A stretch of DNA of 63,478 nucleotides, counting the filler, from Saprolegnia diclina VS20 (taxonomy: Eukaryota), in NCBI RefSeq assembly GCF_000281045.1. It is 5 parts of 2 records of this genome, joined end to end, with 100 filler letters (N's around TTAATTAATTAA, not from the genome) between each part and the next. Parts side by side here need not be neighbours in the genome. Positions count along the whole stretch, not along the records: positions 15,631 to 30,279 come from NW_008246072.1; positions 30,380 to 54,018 come from NW_008246072.1; 3 more parts are not named here. The stretch is one strand, 5' to 3'. The position numbers were made by a program, and so were the translations under genes. How positions within the stretch are numbered: the stretch's first letter is position 1; every line of letters begins with the position of its first letter. This document shows, piece after piece, positions 21,051 to 31,551 of the stretch. The notes under the pieces were generated by a model. It was not told the DNA's origin, searched no databases, and saw nothing but the letters and a program-made list of their open reading frames with translations.

Positions 21051-21345
21051 TAAGCATCCAATCACCCATGCCATACGGGTGGATGCCGCCGCTGACGGTC
21101 TTGTACTCGAATAGGACCTCGAGCTCATCGTCGAGGTCAATGATCTTGTGCGACGGAATCACGATCGAGGAGCCCGGAAAAAGAGCACGGAGTGCCGCCA
21201 CTTGGTGCGGCGGCAAGGGTCAAAGCAGCTCTTCGTCGAACCCTTGGACACGAAGGCGGGGTGCAGAGGGAGGGTCCATCCGCTTGCTGCAATACGCATG
21301 CCTCGCGAGAGCAGACTTTGCGAGATCGAACATACGTTGCGACAT
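21051..21345 (-). pseudogene. 5' fragment of an oxygenase-like family paralog with a premature stop
   Basis: MSQRMFDLAKSALARHAYCS...APRLRVQGFDEELL*PLPPHQVAAL...IHPYG. The Trp of LTWPL seen in paralogs is TGA here (21220-21222). Truncated by a gap. Confidence 0.75.
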
Positions 21346-22362
21346 GTGTGCCGTGGCGTGCCAATTTGCTGCTGATGAAATGTGCGGTCCTCAGCGTTCT
21401 ACTTTGTAACAGATTGCTAGTCTCTACGTATGCGAAGTCTTTGTGTAATTATGAAGATAACGCGAAACACGTTCAAAAATAAAAACGGTCCAGCAAAGTG
21501 CAACCCTAGTGATGGTCGTTTGGATCCACCAGCACTCTTGGCACAATCCGGCAACAGTGGCTGATCGCAACACACGATGGCGTGCTGGATGTACTCTGCC
21601 GCGTGCTGGTCGGAAACCTCTTTTTGAGAGGAAGTGACACTGATGGTCAATGTACTCCCATCGGCAGTGAAGTGAATGCTTCATGGTAGTGGTTAGAATG
21701 TAAGAGACGCCGCATTCGTCTCAGGTATCTCCAACGATGGTCTCCAAGAAGTGATATGTCCATGTAATATATTCTCGCAGGCGTTGGTTTTTGGGTGGCG
21801 GAGCTTTGTGCTCACTTGGTCATTTGACGCCCCCTTTCCACCTGCCTTGCTCGCTTATGCGCTGCTAAGCTCGTGTTGTGTTCTCGCCTGGGTTGAGCCT
21901 TGTGCAGTGCTACTGCTAAGTCTCTTAGAATGTTGCGGAGGGTAAAATGCTGTCGAAGATTACATGCAGGCTGTGGGTGCACTGCGTGGCAGACCAGTCC
22001 TTGCACTTTTGAAAAATGCCACGCCACTTATAATGGCTAGCGGTAACTCTATTTCCCCACTCAAGCGTTGTGTACAAAATTATACAAGGCGAAATAACAA
22101 TTAAAATGGGTGTTTCGCGCCTGCAAGGAGTCGAAACGGACTTTTCAAGAGAAGGCGGCTCAGCGAAACCAACGACTGGTCGGCAGAGCCTAGCATTCTA
22201 GTTTTCGCTCTCCGCTAAGCAACCCGCCACGCCTCACCCGAGGTGCAGCGGTAATGCAGGCCTCGCGCCCTTTTTCCCCCTGAGCGAAAAGCCACGTGAA
22301 ACAATCAAACGCCGCTAGAGACCGTGGTCATCCCATCAGATACATTGGCGCATGGGATTAAT

Positions 22363-22993
22363 TCACAAGCGAAGACACGGGCGCTTTGGCGATCGCGTAA
22401 GACTCGACTCGAGGCGCGCGGCGGCGTCGCGCATCTTGGCCACGAGCTCGTTCGTGTCGTTGAACAGAGTGTACTGGTCGCCCAACAACTCGGCCCAACA
22501 AACACCGCCCACGTGCTCGGGGTACCGTCGCAACGGCACACACATGGCGCGCGCCACCTTGTCGCTCACATACATCACCCGTCTCGAGCTCCGTGCAAAA
22601 TCTGCGACCTCGTCGCAGTAGCGCGGACACCATCGGCATCGTTTGGACGATCGTTCGCGGGTGATCGTCGGCGCCGATAGCGCCGCCAGTCGCGCCGTCA
22701 GTTGCGGCAACCCAATCGCTGCGAGCGCCCGAGCAAAGTCGGAATGCCCAGCGTTCACCGCCTGGTCGTGGAAGGGCACGATAATGTCCATAATGACCGT
22801 GATGGGTGCTTCGTGCGCAGCTTCGAGGGCCTTGGCATACGCCAGCAGCGCCGCCAGACCCGGCGTGTGATCAAAATGGGCGCAGATCCAGACTGCGCCG
22901 GGCGCGTCCGACGTCAGTTTGCAAACGTCGTCCGTGTCGGCGAGTGGGGTCACGCGCGTGGCATCAAACCGGGCCGTGACGTGGGCCAGAAGC
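22363..22993 (-). CDS. 3' part of an oxygenase-like family paralog (5' end lost in gap)
   Basis: APITVIMDIIVPFHD, RCRWCPRYC, RRYPEH and ELVAKMRDAAARLESSL match the C-termini of paralogs C and D. Confidence 0.7.
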
Positions 22994-23093
22994 NNNNNNN
23001 NNNNNNNNNNNNNNNNNNNNNNNNNNNNNNNNNNNNNNNNNNNNNNNNNNNNNNNNNNNNNNNNNNNNNNNNNNNNNNNNNNNNNNNNNNNNN

Positions 23094-23188
<95 letters not shown>
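23094..23188. repeat. (TAGA)n microsatellite emerging from a gap
   Basis: About 23 perfect units directly after the Ns. Confidence 0.95.
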
Positions 23189-23293
23189 TCCATTGATGTA
23201 CACACCAGAACTGGATTCGAGGTCACTAAGATCGATAAGACGGAAACTAGTCCGGTGATAAACTGTGTTTTTATGCTGTAAGAACTAAATTTC

Positions 23294-25855
23294 TTAGTCT
23301 TGTTGACGCAGTGCGAGCGAGCGCTCAAGGCGTTCGTTTGCGTCGTGCATCTCGGTGGCGCGGTGCGTGGGGTGGTTGATCAAAACCGGGTAAGTCTCGT
23401 CGACCGACTCCCAGCACAGATCCTCGGTGTGCGACGGGTACCAATGGAATGCCGTGCCAGCCTGCATTCTCTGACTGAGGTACTTGCACGAGTGCGTCGC
23501 GAACCGCTCGCTCCTTGGCCCTGGGCTCGTCGCAAACGCCTTCAGCTGTGCGCAAATGCGGCAGTCGCAGGGCCACGTGACCATCGTCGATGTCTCGCGG
23601 GTTGACAACAAGGCGAGCCGCGCTGCGAGCACGGGCACGCTTCGCATCGCAAGGTCAATGGCCAGCGACGCGAGGTCCGAATCCACAAACGTATCGTAAA
23701 GAAGCACAAACACGCCCATGACGAACGTGACTTGGTCCACGTGCATCGCTTGCTGCGTGAAGAGCCGGTCGAGTATGGTCGCCAAGGCGTCATCGGCGCG
23801 TAGGTGGTGGCAGATCCAGATGGCATTCTGCACACAGACCGCGAGCGTCCGCAGACAAGTGGCGTCTGTCTGCGCTTTGAGCGGTGTGACGCTCTGGACC
23901 GCGGCAAGGACTTGCGCCATCAATTGCGCTTTGAACGACGGCGCGAGGTGCGTCCTGGGCGTCCCGAGTACGTCCACCCAAAAACTCAAGTCCATCTTTT
24001 GGCGCAGGCCCGCGTCCGCGGCGGCACCAAAGGCTGGGGTACCGGCCGTGACTTTGAGCAGCGCGCTGAGTCCAAGGCTGTCGCAGTTCTCTGTCGTGCT
24101 GTAGTAGGCGATCGCGACGTCAATGTACGGCTGCAATTGCAGCGCCAAGGGGACGTTCCGAAGTTCCCACAACGTTTTGGGAACTTCTTGCTGCAGCTCG
24201 GCGGTGCTGTGCACGGCTTGTAAGAGCGAGCAGTGGGTCGGGTCAAAGCGCGCAATGCCGGCCACAAGCGGCGCCGGTAGCCGCTGCTCCAAGAGTCCGC
24301 CGACGACGCTATCGGTGCTTTCGGTCGCCAAGCAAGACATGACGCGCAGCGCACCGTGGAGAAATATGTCTTGGTCTGGGAGGCGGCTGTGGTCGTCTCG
24401 CCGACGCAGTAAAAGTGTGAGCATGGCCTTGAGAAACTCGGTCGCGTGGCGCTGGCGCAGACGCAAGCGGTTGTTATCGACGAGCCCGACAAGCAAATGC
24501 ATAAAATCGGCATCGTACGACGTGTCGGTGCCTTCGATGAGCGAGACCAAGCGCGGCTGCACGTGCTGCCAGCCGTAGCACGTCACCACGTCCAGAAACC
24601 AGATTGGCACCAGATTTGCCACCGACCAAAAGACATTATTGTGCATCGTGCACTGGAGAAAGTGCATACACACGTCGATGCCGTCGCGCCCCACGCGATG
24701 CAAGAGCAATGACCCGAGGAGGTGCCAATTGGCGCGCTCGATTCGCATGGCATAGCGCTCACGGATGCCAACACGTAGCATGCGAATGACGGCAGAGACC
24801 AAGTCGTCAAACGAGTCGGCCAATTCGGTGCTCAAGGCGTCGCGAGGCGTCTGCAGGAGTTCGACCATGCGCGCAAAGCCCACAAAGTACACGCGGTGCG
24901 CCTTGGGCCAAAATGCAACGTAAATCGTGTCGGGCTCGGGCGCCGCGTCGTCGGACCACGCCGACAACTCGCGCAAGCGGGCGTGGGGGCAAGAAGCAAC
25001 GACCAATGCCGGTACGCTGCACGCCGCGTGAAACGCAATGTCGTCGGTCGCCCCGTCCGGCTGGAAGAGAGCCACGTCGACGACCCGTGTCGACACAAGG
25101 TACTCGACCACCGCCTGGGCCTTGCCGGTGAGCGCCTCAAACGACAGTGGCCCGGCGTGCGCAAAGCGCCAGCGGAGCGCCACATGCGTATGCTCATTCC
25201 AATTCGCCACCGCCTTCTGCATGCACGCGATCGTCGGGCGCGGAATCGGGCGCTTGTAGTAGTGGAACAACTGGTCGTCGTCGCTGGCGCCGTCTGTCGA
25301 GTAGGCAACGCTATAGACGAGCGTGGCGCGCGAGCCCGACACAATGGGTGCCACTTGCAGGCTGCAGGCAGCGTTGAACGCAAACTGGCGGTCGCGTACT
25401 TCGTCCCACGCCGTGGTGTGGCCGTTGTACGAGACGGTGACAGCGCCGCCGACCGCATCCGACGGAAGCACGTGCACCATGATGCCAAAAAAATCGCAAA
25501 AGTTATTGGGCAGTGTGATCGCTGCCGCGGTGCCCACACGGTCGATCGTGAGCATTTGAAACCCCGTGTCATAGTTGCCCCACGGGTGCATGCTCTGAAC
25601 AATGTGGCGCATCTTGCGCGTGTGCTCAAAGACATTGTCCGTGCAGCTCTGTGCGATCGACGTCCACGGGATCCGAATCGGGTTGCCCGGGTACAAGGCA
25701 CTGAGCTCGGCCAGTTGCGCCGCGGAGAGCGGCCACGTGAGCGGAACACGCATACCATTCACGTGCATATTGGGGGTATATGGCACCGAGTGCTCGGCTC
25801 GGCCGCAGTGCGCTGCGTCGACCGAGAGCACGAGCTCCAGCATCGTGTGCGACAT
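23294..25855 (-). CDS. 2OG-Fe(II) oxygenase-like family protein C
   Basis: MSHTMLELVLSVDAAHC...FGIMVHVLPSDAVGGAVTVSY...VAPIVSGSRATLVYSV...FWPKAHRV...WPCDCRIC. Intronless. Confidence 0.8.
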   Translation of the reverse strand: MSHTMLELVLSVDAAHCGRAEHSVPYTPNMHVNGMRVPLTWPLSAAQLAELSALYPGNPIRIPWTSIAQSCTDNVFEHTRKMRHIVQSMHPWGNYDTGFQMLTIDRVGTAAAITLPNNFCDFFGIMVHVLPSDAVGGAVTVSYNGHTTAWDEVRDRQFAFNAACSLQVAPIVSGSRATLVYSVAYSTDGASDDDQLFHYYKRPIPRPTIACMQKAVANWNEHTHVALRWRFAHAGPLSFEALTGKAQAVVEYLVSTRVVDVALFQPDGATDDIAFHAACSVPALVVASCPHARLRELSAWSDDAAPEPDTIYVAFWPKAHRVYFVGFARMVELLQTPRDALSTELADSFDDLVSAVIRMLRVGIRERYAMRIERANWHLLGSLLLHRVGRDGIDVCMHFLQCTMHNNVFWSVANLVPIWFLDVVTCYGWQHVQPRLVSLIEGTDTSYDADFMHLLVGLVDNNRLRLRQRHATEFLKAMLTLLLRRRDDHSRLPDQDIFLHGALRVMSCLATESTDSVVGGLLEQRLPAPLVAGIARFDPTHCSLLQAVHSTAELQQEVPKTLWELRNVPLALQLQPYIDVAIAYYSTTENCDSLGLSALLKVTAGTPAFGAAADAGLRQKMDLSFWVDVLGTPRTHLAPSFKAQLMAQVLAAVQSVTPLKAQTDATCLRTLAVCVQNAIWICHHLRADDALATILDRLFTQQAMHVDQVTFVMGVFVLLYDTFVDSDLASLAIDLAMRSVPVLAARLALLSTRETSTMVTWPCDCRICAQLKAFATSPGPRSERFATHSCKYLSQRMQAGTAFHWYPSHTEDLCWESVDETYPVLINHPTHRATEMHDANERLERSLALRQQD

Positions 25856-26256
25856 GGTGCGCAAGTATGAATCGCTGACACTCGCAACAGGATCGGTCTG
25901 AGAAGACCGTCATTACCAATGCATCGTGCACACTGCAGGCGAATGGTATCAAGAGTGCAAGTGAAGGTCCCGATGCGCAATATCACTTGCTGGTGCAGTA
26001 TCTTTGGTGGGGTCAGCAGCCCGGAACGATCCTGTGCCGAGATATGATGGGCTATCCTGTATCCTGTGCATGCCAGTACCGGGGTCGACACGGGCGAATA
26101 TGCTAATATCTCGCCTTGAACGACGATGGACAAGAAAAATGACAAACAAGCGTAGTGTCGGTTCATCGCGTCGATCTGGACGGCAACACCTCAGAGTCCT
26201 TGCTGCGCCGGGACGAGTCACTTGATACATTGAAAGTATGCAATGATTCAAGTGGT

Positions 26257-28845
26257 TTACATGCTAGCGACAAGCGACTGCTCGAGGCGCGCCTTGGCGT
26301 CGCGCATCTGCTCGAGAAGCTCGGTCGTGTGATTGCTGAGCGTAAAGTGGCGGTCATCGTCGTCATCGGTGGTTTTCAAGCACACGTCGCGCTCGTGGGA
26401 CGGGTACCGATGAAAGACTGTCCCTGTTTCCACGAGCGTGCGCAAGTGCCTGCAATAGCCGAGCACAAATCGCCAGGCATGCGGCGGTTCGGAGCTGTCT
26501 GCAAATGCTACCACCAACTTGCACACGCAGCAGTCGCATGCCCACGCCGACGTCGTCCAATGATCTCGCGTGCCAAAGGCAGCCAGGTGCGCTGAAACCA
26601 CCGACAAGGCGCGCGTCGCAAGGGCATGGGCCAGCGTGGAACGGTTGAGGCCGACGCACGTGTCGTGGAGAGGCACCAGCACGTCCATTACGAACGTGAT
26701 CGGCGCCGTGTGCATGGCTTGCATTGAAAAAACGCGCTCGAGGACCGTCGCCACCGCTTGATCGTCCTTGAGGTAGTGGCAAATACTGAGCGCACCCTGG
26801 ATTTGGGATACAGCATAATGCAAGCACGTTGTCTCCGTGATCTCAACGATCGGGGTGACGTCGACGACGGCCGCCGCGACCTGCGCGAGCAGCGAGGTCG
26901 CCTGCGACGCCGCGAGGTGCATACCGGGTGTCACAAGAACGTCGGCCCAGATCTCCAAGTCCATATCCCGGCGCAAAGCGGCGTCAAAGACAGAGTCAAA
27001 GGCCAGTGTGTCTCGTGTGAGCAGCAGAAGCGCGGCGAGTCCGCAGCGGTGGCAGTCCGACTTCTTGCAGTAGTACGCCGTCGCGATCTGCAAGTACGTC
27101 TGCGTCGGAAGTTGCAACCCCGCGTCTCGTAGCCCCCAGAGCACCTTGGGGAGCTCCCGTTTCAGATCCTCATTCAACTGCACAGCGCGCGCCAAGGTGT
27201 TGGTGTCGAAGCTCTCGACGATGGCCAGCACCGACGCCGGTAAGCGTTCCGAAAGAACTGAGCCAACGACGACATCCGAGCCTTCGACGGCCAAGCACGA
27301 CGCGATGCGCAGGGCTGCGCGAACGAATGTGATGGCATGCTGTGCAGAGGTTTGGCGCGCGCATCGTTGCAAGACGGTCTGCAGGACAGCCTTGAGCAGC
27401 TCGGTGAGGTGTCGTTGGCGCACACAGAGGCGGTTGTTGAGAATGAGTCGCTCGACCAAGCACAGGAACATGACGTCCCGTGATGCGCTCGTGGCGTCCA
27501 TGAGACTTTGGAGATGCGGGAGCAATGGTTGCCAGCCACAGCGCGTCACAAGAGCGAGGAACCAATCGCGGACCGCATTGACCACCGACCAAAACAAGCC
27601 GTCGGTTGCAGTATGCTGCAGGAACAGCATGCAAAGGTCGACGTCGCCAAAGTCCAAGAGAAGTGCCCCGAGTGTAGACCACGTCGACGACGCGATTGCG
27701 AGGCGGCAGCGCTTCTGCAGGCGGAGGCGAACCATGTCGACCGTCGCGGTCATAAAGGCGCGCACGCTCGTCGCGCCAAGCCGATCGACGGTACTATCGC
27801 CATCGACCAATCGTTGCACAAGCGGCAGCGCCGCTTCAAGTCCGAGCAAGTAGACGCGGTGCGCCTTGGGCCAAAAGCAAATGTGCATGATCCCTTCTCG
27901 GGGCGTGTAGTCGGTGTGCCAGTTTAGCGCGTGAAAAAGACTCGCTCGGGTTGTGGCTGCAACAACCGACGTCGGCGTCTCGCACGCTGGGTGGAAGACA
28001 GGTCGCTCGCCGTGCAAAAGGGCTACATCGAGCAGCGTCGTCGACACGAGGTAGTCGACCGTTGCCTTGGCGTCACCAGCGAGTAGCGCAAATGACATGG
28101 GTCCGGTGTGCGGAATGCGGACGCAAAGTGCAATGTGCGACAACGGTTTAGAGATGGCTCTGTGCATAAGCGCTTGCGTCGGGCGTGGCATCGGCGCCAT
28201 GTATATCGACGCGGCGTTCACGTCGTCATCGTCGCTGTCGTCGCTGTCGTCGCAGTTGTCGCTGTCGTTGGAATCGTAGTAAGCACCGTGGTCGACACGA
28301 TAGAGGAGGACCGACCGCGCACCCGCCGTGATCGGCGCAACTGCGAGCGAGCACGCCGTGTAGAACCCCAGCATGTGATCGCTCACCGACTCCCACGTGG
28401 TCGACCGATCTTCGTACGCGAGCGTGACGGCGCCACCGAGAACGTCTGATGGAAGCACGTGCACTTGGACGCCAAACGTATCGTCGGTCGGCTCGGTACT
28501 GTCAAATGCAGAGGGACACCCAATGCGGTCGATCGAGAGACCGGTAAAGGTGATGTTGTAGACACCCCACGGGTGCAAGCCGCGGATGACCTCGTGGTCG
28601 TCTTGACCCAACGCGTGTTTAAACATGTCATTGTCGACAAAAATCATGGCCGATTCCGGCACAAATATCGGGTCGCCTGGATATTTCAAAGCGAGGGCTG
28701 CGATTTGAGCGTCACGGAGCGGCCACGTGAGCTCGTCGTCGAGGCCCTCGACCCGGATCCGAGGCGCGTACGGCGTCGGGTGCTTGGCACGGCTGCAATG
28801 CGCCGCGTTGACCGAGAGTACGAGCTCGAGGAGGTCCTGCGACAT
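26257..28845 (-). CDS. 2OG-Fe(II) oxygenase-like family protein D
   Basis: MSQDLLELVLSVNAAHC...FGVQVHVLPSDVLGGAVTLAY...VAPITAGARSVLLYRV...FWPKAHRV...WACDCCVC. Has an acidic DSD insertion near 28220-28275. Confidence 0.8.
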   Translation of the reverse strand: MSQDLLELVLSVNAAHCSRAKHPTPYAPRIRVEGLDDELTWPLRDAQIAALALKYPGDPIFVPESAMIFVDNDMFKHALGQDDHEVIRGLHPWGVYNITFTGLSIDRIGCPSAFDSTEPTDDTFGVQVHVLPSDVLGGAVTLAYEDRSTTWESVSDHMLGFYTACSLAVAPITAGARSVLLYRVDHGAYYDSNDSDNCDDSDDSDDDDVNAASIYMAPMPRPTQALMHRAISKPLSHIALCVRIPHTGPMSFALLAGDAKATVDYLVSTTLLDVALLHGERPVFHPACETPTSVVAATTRASLFHALNWHTDYTPREGIMHICFWPKAHRVYLLGLEAALPLVQRLVDGDSTVDRLGATSVRAFMTATVDMVRLRLQKRCRLAIASSTWSTLGALLLDFGDVDLCMLFLQHTATDGLFWSVVNAVRDWFLALVTRCGWQPLLPHLQSLMDATSASRDVMFLCLVERLILNNRLCVRQRHLTELLKAVLQTVLQRCARQTSAQHAITFVRAALRIASCLAVEGSDVVVGSVLSERLPASVLAIVESFDTNTLARAVQLNEDLKRELPKVLWGLRDAGLQLPTQTYLQIATAYYCKKSDCHRCGLAALLLLTRDTLAFDSVFDAALRRDMDLEIWADVLVTPGMHLAASQATSLLAQVAAAVVDVTPIVEITETTCLHYAVSQIQGALSICHYLKDDQAVATVLERVFSMQAMHTAPITFVMDVLVPLHDTCVGLNRSTLAHALATRALSVVSAHLAAFGTRDHWTTSAWACDCCVCKLVVAFADSSEPPHAWRFVLGYCRHLRTLVETGTVFHRYPSHERDVCLKTTDDDDDRHFTLSNHTTELLEQMRDAKARLEQSLVASM

Positions 28846-29380
28846 GGTGCGCGAATTTATCACTGGTCCATGACGCGCCGCGTCTACTTGAAAGGGCAAA
28901 GTATCCAACGTCAGTGGACACGAGTGAAGGTCCTTCTCCTCCTCTGAAGCACCGAAAGCACCAGCACTCATAGGCTCATGGCGACCGTCCTATCAACTCG
29001 GTTGCGTTCAGCAGTCGCCGTGGCCATCTCAGAGACAGGACTGGCAACGAGCACGGTTGCCCGTGTCCTCGAATGGATCTGGACAGAGCACCCTTGCACG
29101 CTGTGGTCTGAGAGCCTTCCGGCTTTCTGCTCTGTCTTGATGCTTTGGTGTAGTGATGACGTGGCGCTTCACTCTGAAAATCTTTGGATCGCATGCCAGA
29201 CCTTTTAGGGCTTGACGTGCAAATGGTGGCTTCGGATACCGACGTCGACAACATTCAAGGTGACGCGAACGCGCGTTATGCAGTGCAAAGTCTGCTCGTG
29301 TACGGCTAGTGTTGCTGCTAATACACGCATACGAGTATATAATGTGTACTAGGTGACTAGAGTACGTACGCCATGCAAGC

Positions 29381-29674
29381 TTACGACTCGACGCACTGGC
29401 GCTTGGGCGACGAGCCATCGTCTAGCATCTGGCGCTTGGCGGACCTTTGGCGACTGGTGTCGAGACTCACTTGGAGGCGGTTGGCAGCGTCTTGCATCTT
29501 CTGCACGAGCTCGTCCGTGTGGTTGATGAGCTTGTACACGTCCGCATTCTCGCTTTGGTCCACGACGCAAACATCGCGAATGTGTTCGGGATACCGACGT
29601 AGCGAGACATAGCCTTCGCTATAGGCTACCTGCGTGCAGTGCCAGCCAAAGTTCGGGTTGGGCACGTCGAGCTC
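29381..29674 (-). CDS. C-terminal fragment of another oxygenase-like family paralog
   Basis: RRYPEHIRDVC...LINHTDELVQKMQDAANRLQVSL matches the family C-terminus. The 5' part is lost in gap 29675-29774. Confidence 0.7.
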   Translation of the reverse strand, partial: ELDVPNPNFGWHCTQVAYSEGYVSLRRYPEHIRDVCVVDQSENADVYKLINHTDELVQKMQDAANRLQVSLDTSRQRSAKRQMLDDGSSPKRQCVES

Positions 29675-30279
29675 NNNNNNNNNNNNNNNNNNNNNNNNNN
29701 NNNNNNNNNNNNNNNNNNNNNNNNNNNNNNNNNNNNNNNNNNNNNNNNNNNNNNNNNNNNNNNNNNNNNNNNNNAGATAATCGTCGCCAAGACTCGACAC
29801 ATCTTGCCAGGTTCGAGAGTATCCGGGTATCTTGCACAGGATTGCGTCGAGAGTGTTTGTGGATATCAACCACCATCACTGGCATTATGCATTATCACAC
29901 CAACGCATGGGATCGCATGCACATGGACACGCACATGTCGGATGATATACTCGAGCTCGCAACGTGCTACATGTACGTGGGAAAACCCGTGGGCGGCATG
30001 CCTCAACCGCCAAGCGCCTATCTGCTTTCCCCGCTTTAGTCTCGACGGATTAAGAGCTGCTGTGACTGTAAGTGTAGTTGAGCGACACGCGCCGCCTTGA
30101 CGGCAATTGTTCATGGACTTGGCAGGCCGGCGCGAAAGACGCAATCGTGTGTTCCGCACTCGCCAGACGTCGACCCAAACAACCAAACAACGAGGCGCGG
30201 TGCACGTTGGAGGCCGTCTTGGGCGTCGAGTAGAGGCAGCCCGAGAGCGTTGTCGGCAAAACCACGCCCACGGGGCCAA

Positions 30280-30379
30280 NNNNNNNNNNNNNNNNNNNNN
30301 NNNNNNNNNNNNNNNNNNNNNNNTTAATTAATTAANNNNNNNNNNNNNNNNNNNNNNNNNNNNNNNNNNNNNNNNNNNN
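30280..30379. other. Artificial contig-join spacer
   Basis: TTAATTAATTAA at 30324-30335 within Ns. Confidence 0.95.
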
Positions 30380-30612
30380 TCGCAAGCGCCGAGCAAGGCA
30401 AGCTCCTCGTCGAGTACGCCCGCCGTGTTCCCTCCAATCTCATGCTCAAGCTCAACGAAGACGACAGTGACGACGAAGGCGCCAAGGCGCAAAGGCGCTG
30501 TTTTGGGTCGACAAGAAGACTAGTCGTTTTACTAGTAGGTAGCAAGGTATCCCCTTCTTGGGGGATACATACCTCTGGTTTCAAATGCTTCGCGAGGTCG
30601 TTTATGACTAAG

Positions 30613-30735
30613 GTTAGTCGGAGGCTGGTCGCTAGTTAGTATATAGTTAGTCGAACATTAGTTTGTTTTTAGTCGGTAGTTAGTAGCTATTTAGTCGGTC
30701 GCTAGTCGGTCGCTAGTCAGTCGTTAGTCGGTTAC
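30613..30735. repeat. Degenerate TAGTCGGTCGC-type tandem repeat
   Basis: Repeated (T/C)TAGTCG units. An 11-bp period is visible at 30691-30733. Confidence 0.65.
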
Positions 30736-31062
30736 GAGGATGTCTCGTGCCAGTCGCGAGGAAGTCACGAGGTAATTTTTGGGCCTACTAGTAGATCCCA
30801 TTCATTGACTTCAGTTTGTATTTGGGGCATCCACACCGGTTGGTCTTAGCCTTGTTGTTCCTTACAACACGGATAATTGGCAAGAAGGGAACCCACCTAT
30901 GGACATTTTATCACCTGGCTGTTGCTTATTAAAGGGGAACTTGGCTGGCAAATATGCACGCATGACAACCCGTAAACGCTACTACATAGTCGATATGCTC
31001 GCGCCCTCTATAGGTACAAAGTCACGCCAATTGTTTTTGCCAATCGAATATTCCATGGCGAT

Positions 31063-31551
31063 TTACGCGGCTGCCTTGTCAGTGGGCGGCGTGGCCGTCG
31101 CGAGGCCATAGAGGCTGTTGAGCGCCATGACAAGTACAGCGGCCGTGCCGACCATCCACGCGTTGCCGCGATGTGGCTGCAGCCCGTGCGCATACGCGTA
31201 CGTGTGGTAGACACGGGCGGCAGTAAACGCGCCGAGCGCGCCTGTCGTGACCGCCTCGACGCCGCCCGACTGGACCGCGCCCCACGCGACAAGGAGGCCG
31301 ATCGGGATGTTTTCGAGGTCGTTGCGCACGATGCGCTCCCAGCGAATGTCCTGTTCGCGGGCGGCGGCGGTCGCGGCGGCCGTATCAAAGGTCTGCGCCT
31401 GCTTGGTCGGGTTGAACTGCGTCAGGATCTTGTCCTCGGGCGGGCGGCTACCTGCGGCGAATCGCTTCCCGCCTTGGATCGCCGTCGTCACGAGACACTT
31501 GGTGTAGAGCACGACGCTGCTCGCGACCCACGCCTTGGACGCGCTGAGCAT
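31063..31551 (-). CDS. MAPEG family protein (microsomal glutathione S-transferase / PGE synthase-like)
   Basis: RWERIVRNDLENIPIGL and FTAARVYHTYAY are MAPEG motifs; the protein has several hydrophobic helices. Confidence 0.9.
   Translation of the reverse strand: MLSASKAWVASSVVLYTKCLVTTAIQGGKRFAAGSRPPEDKILTQFNPTKQAQTFDTAAATAAAREQDIRWERIVRNDLENIPIGLLVAWGAVQSGGVEAVTTGALGAFTAARVYHTYAYAHGLQPHRGNAWMVGTAAVLVMALNSLYGLATATPPTDKAAA

Noticed and set aside
20586..21216. ORFs with YLSIYLSI repeats (also 22964-23328)
   Set aside because: Translations of the TAGA microsatellite and of Ns.
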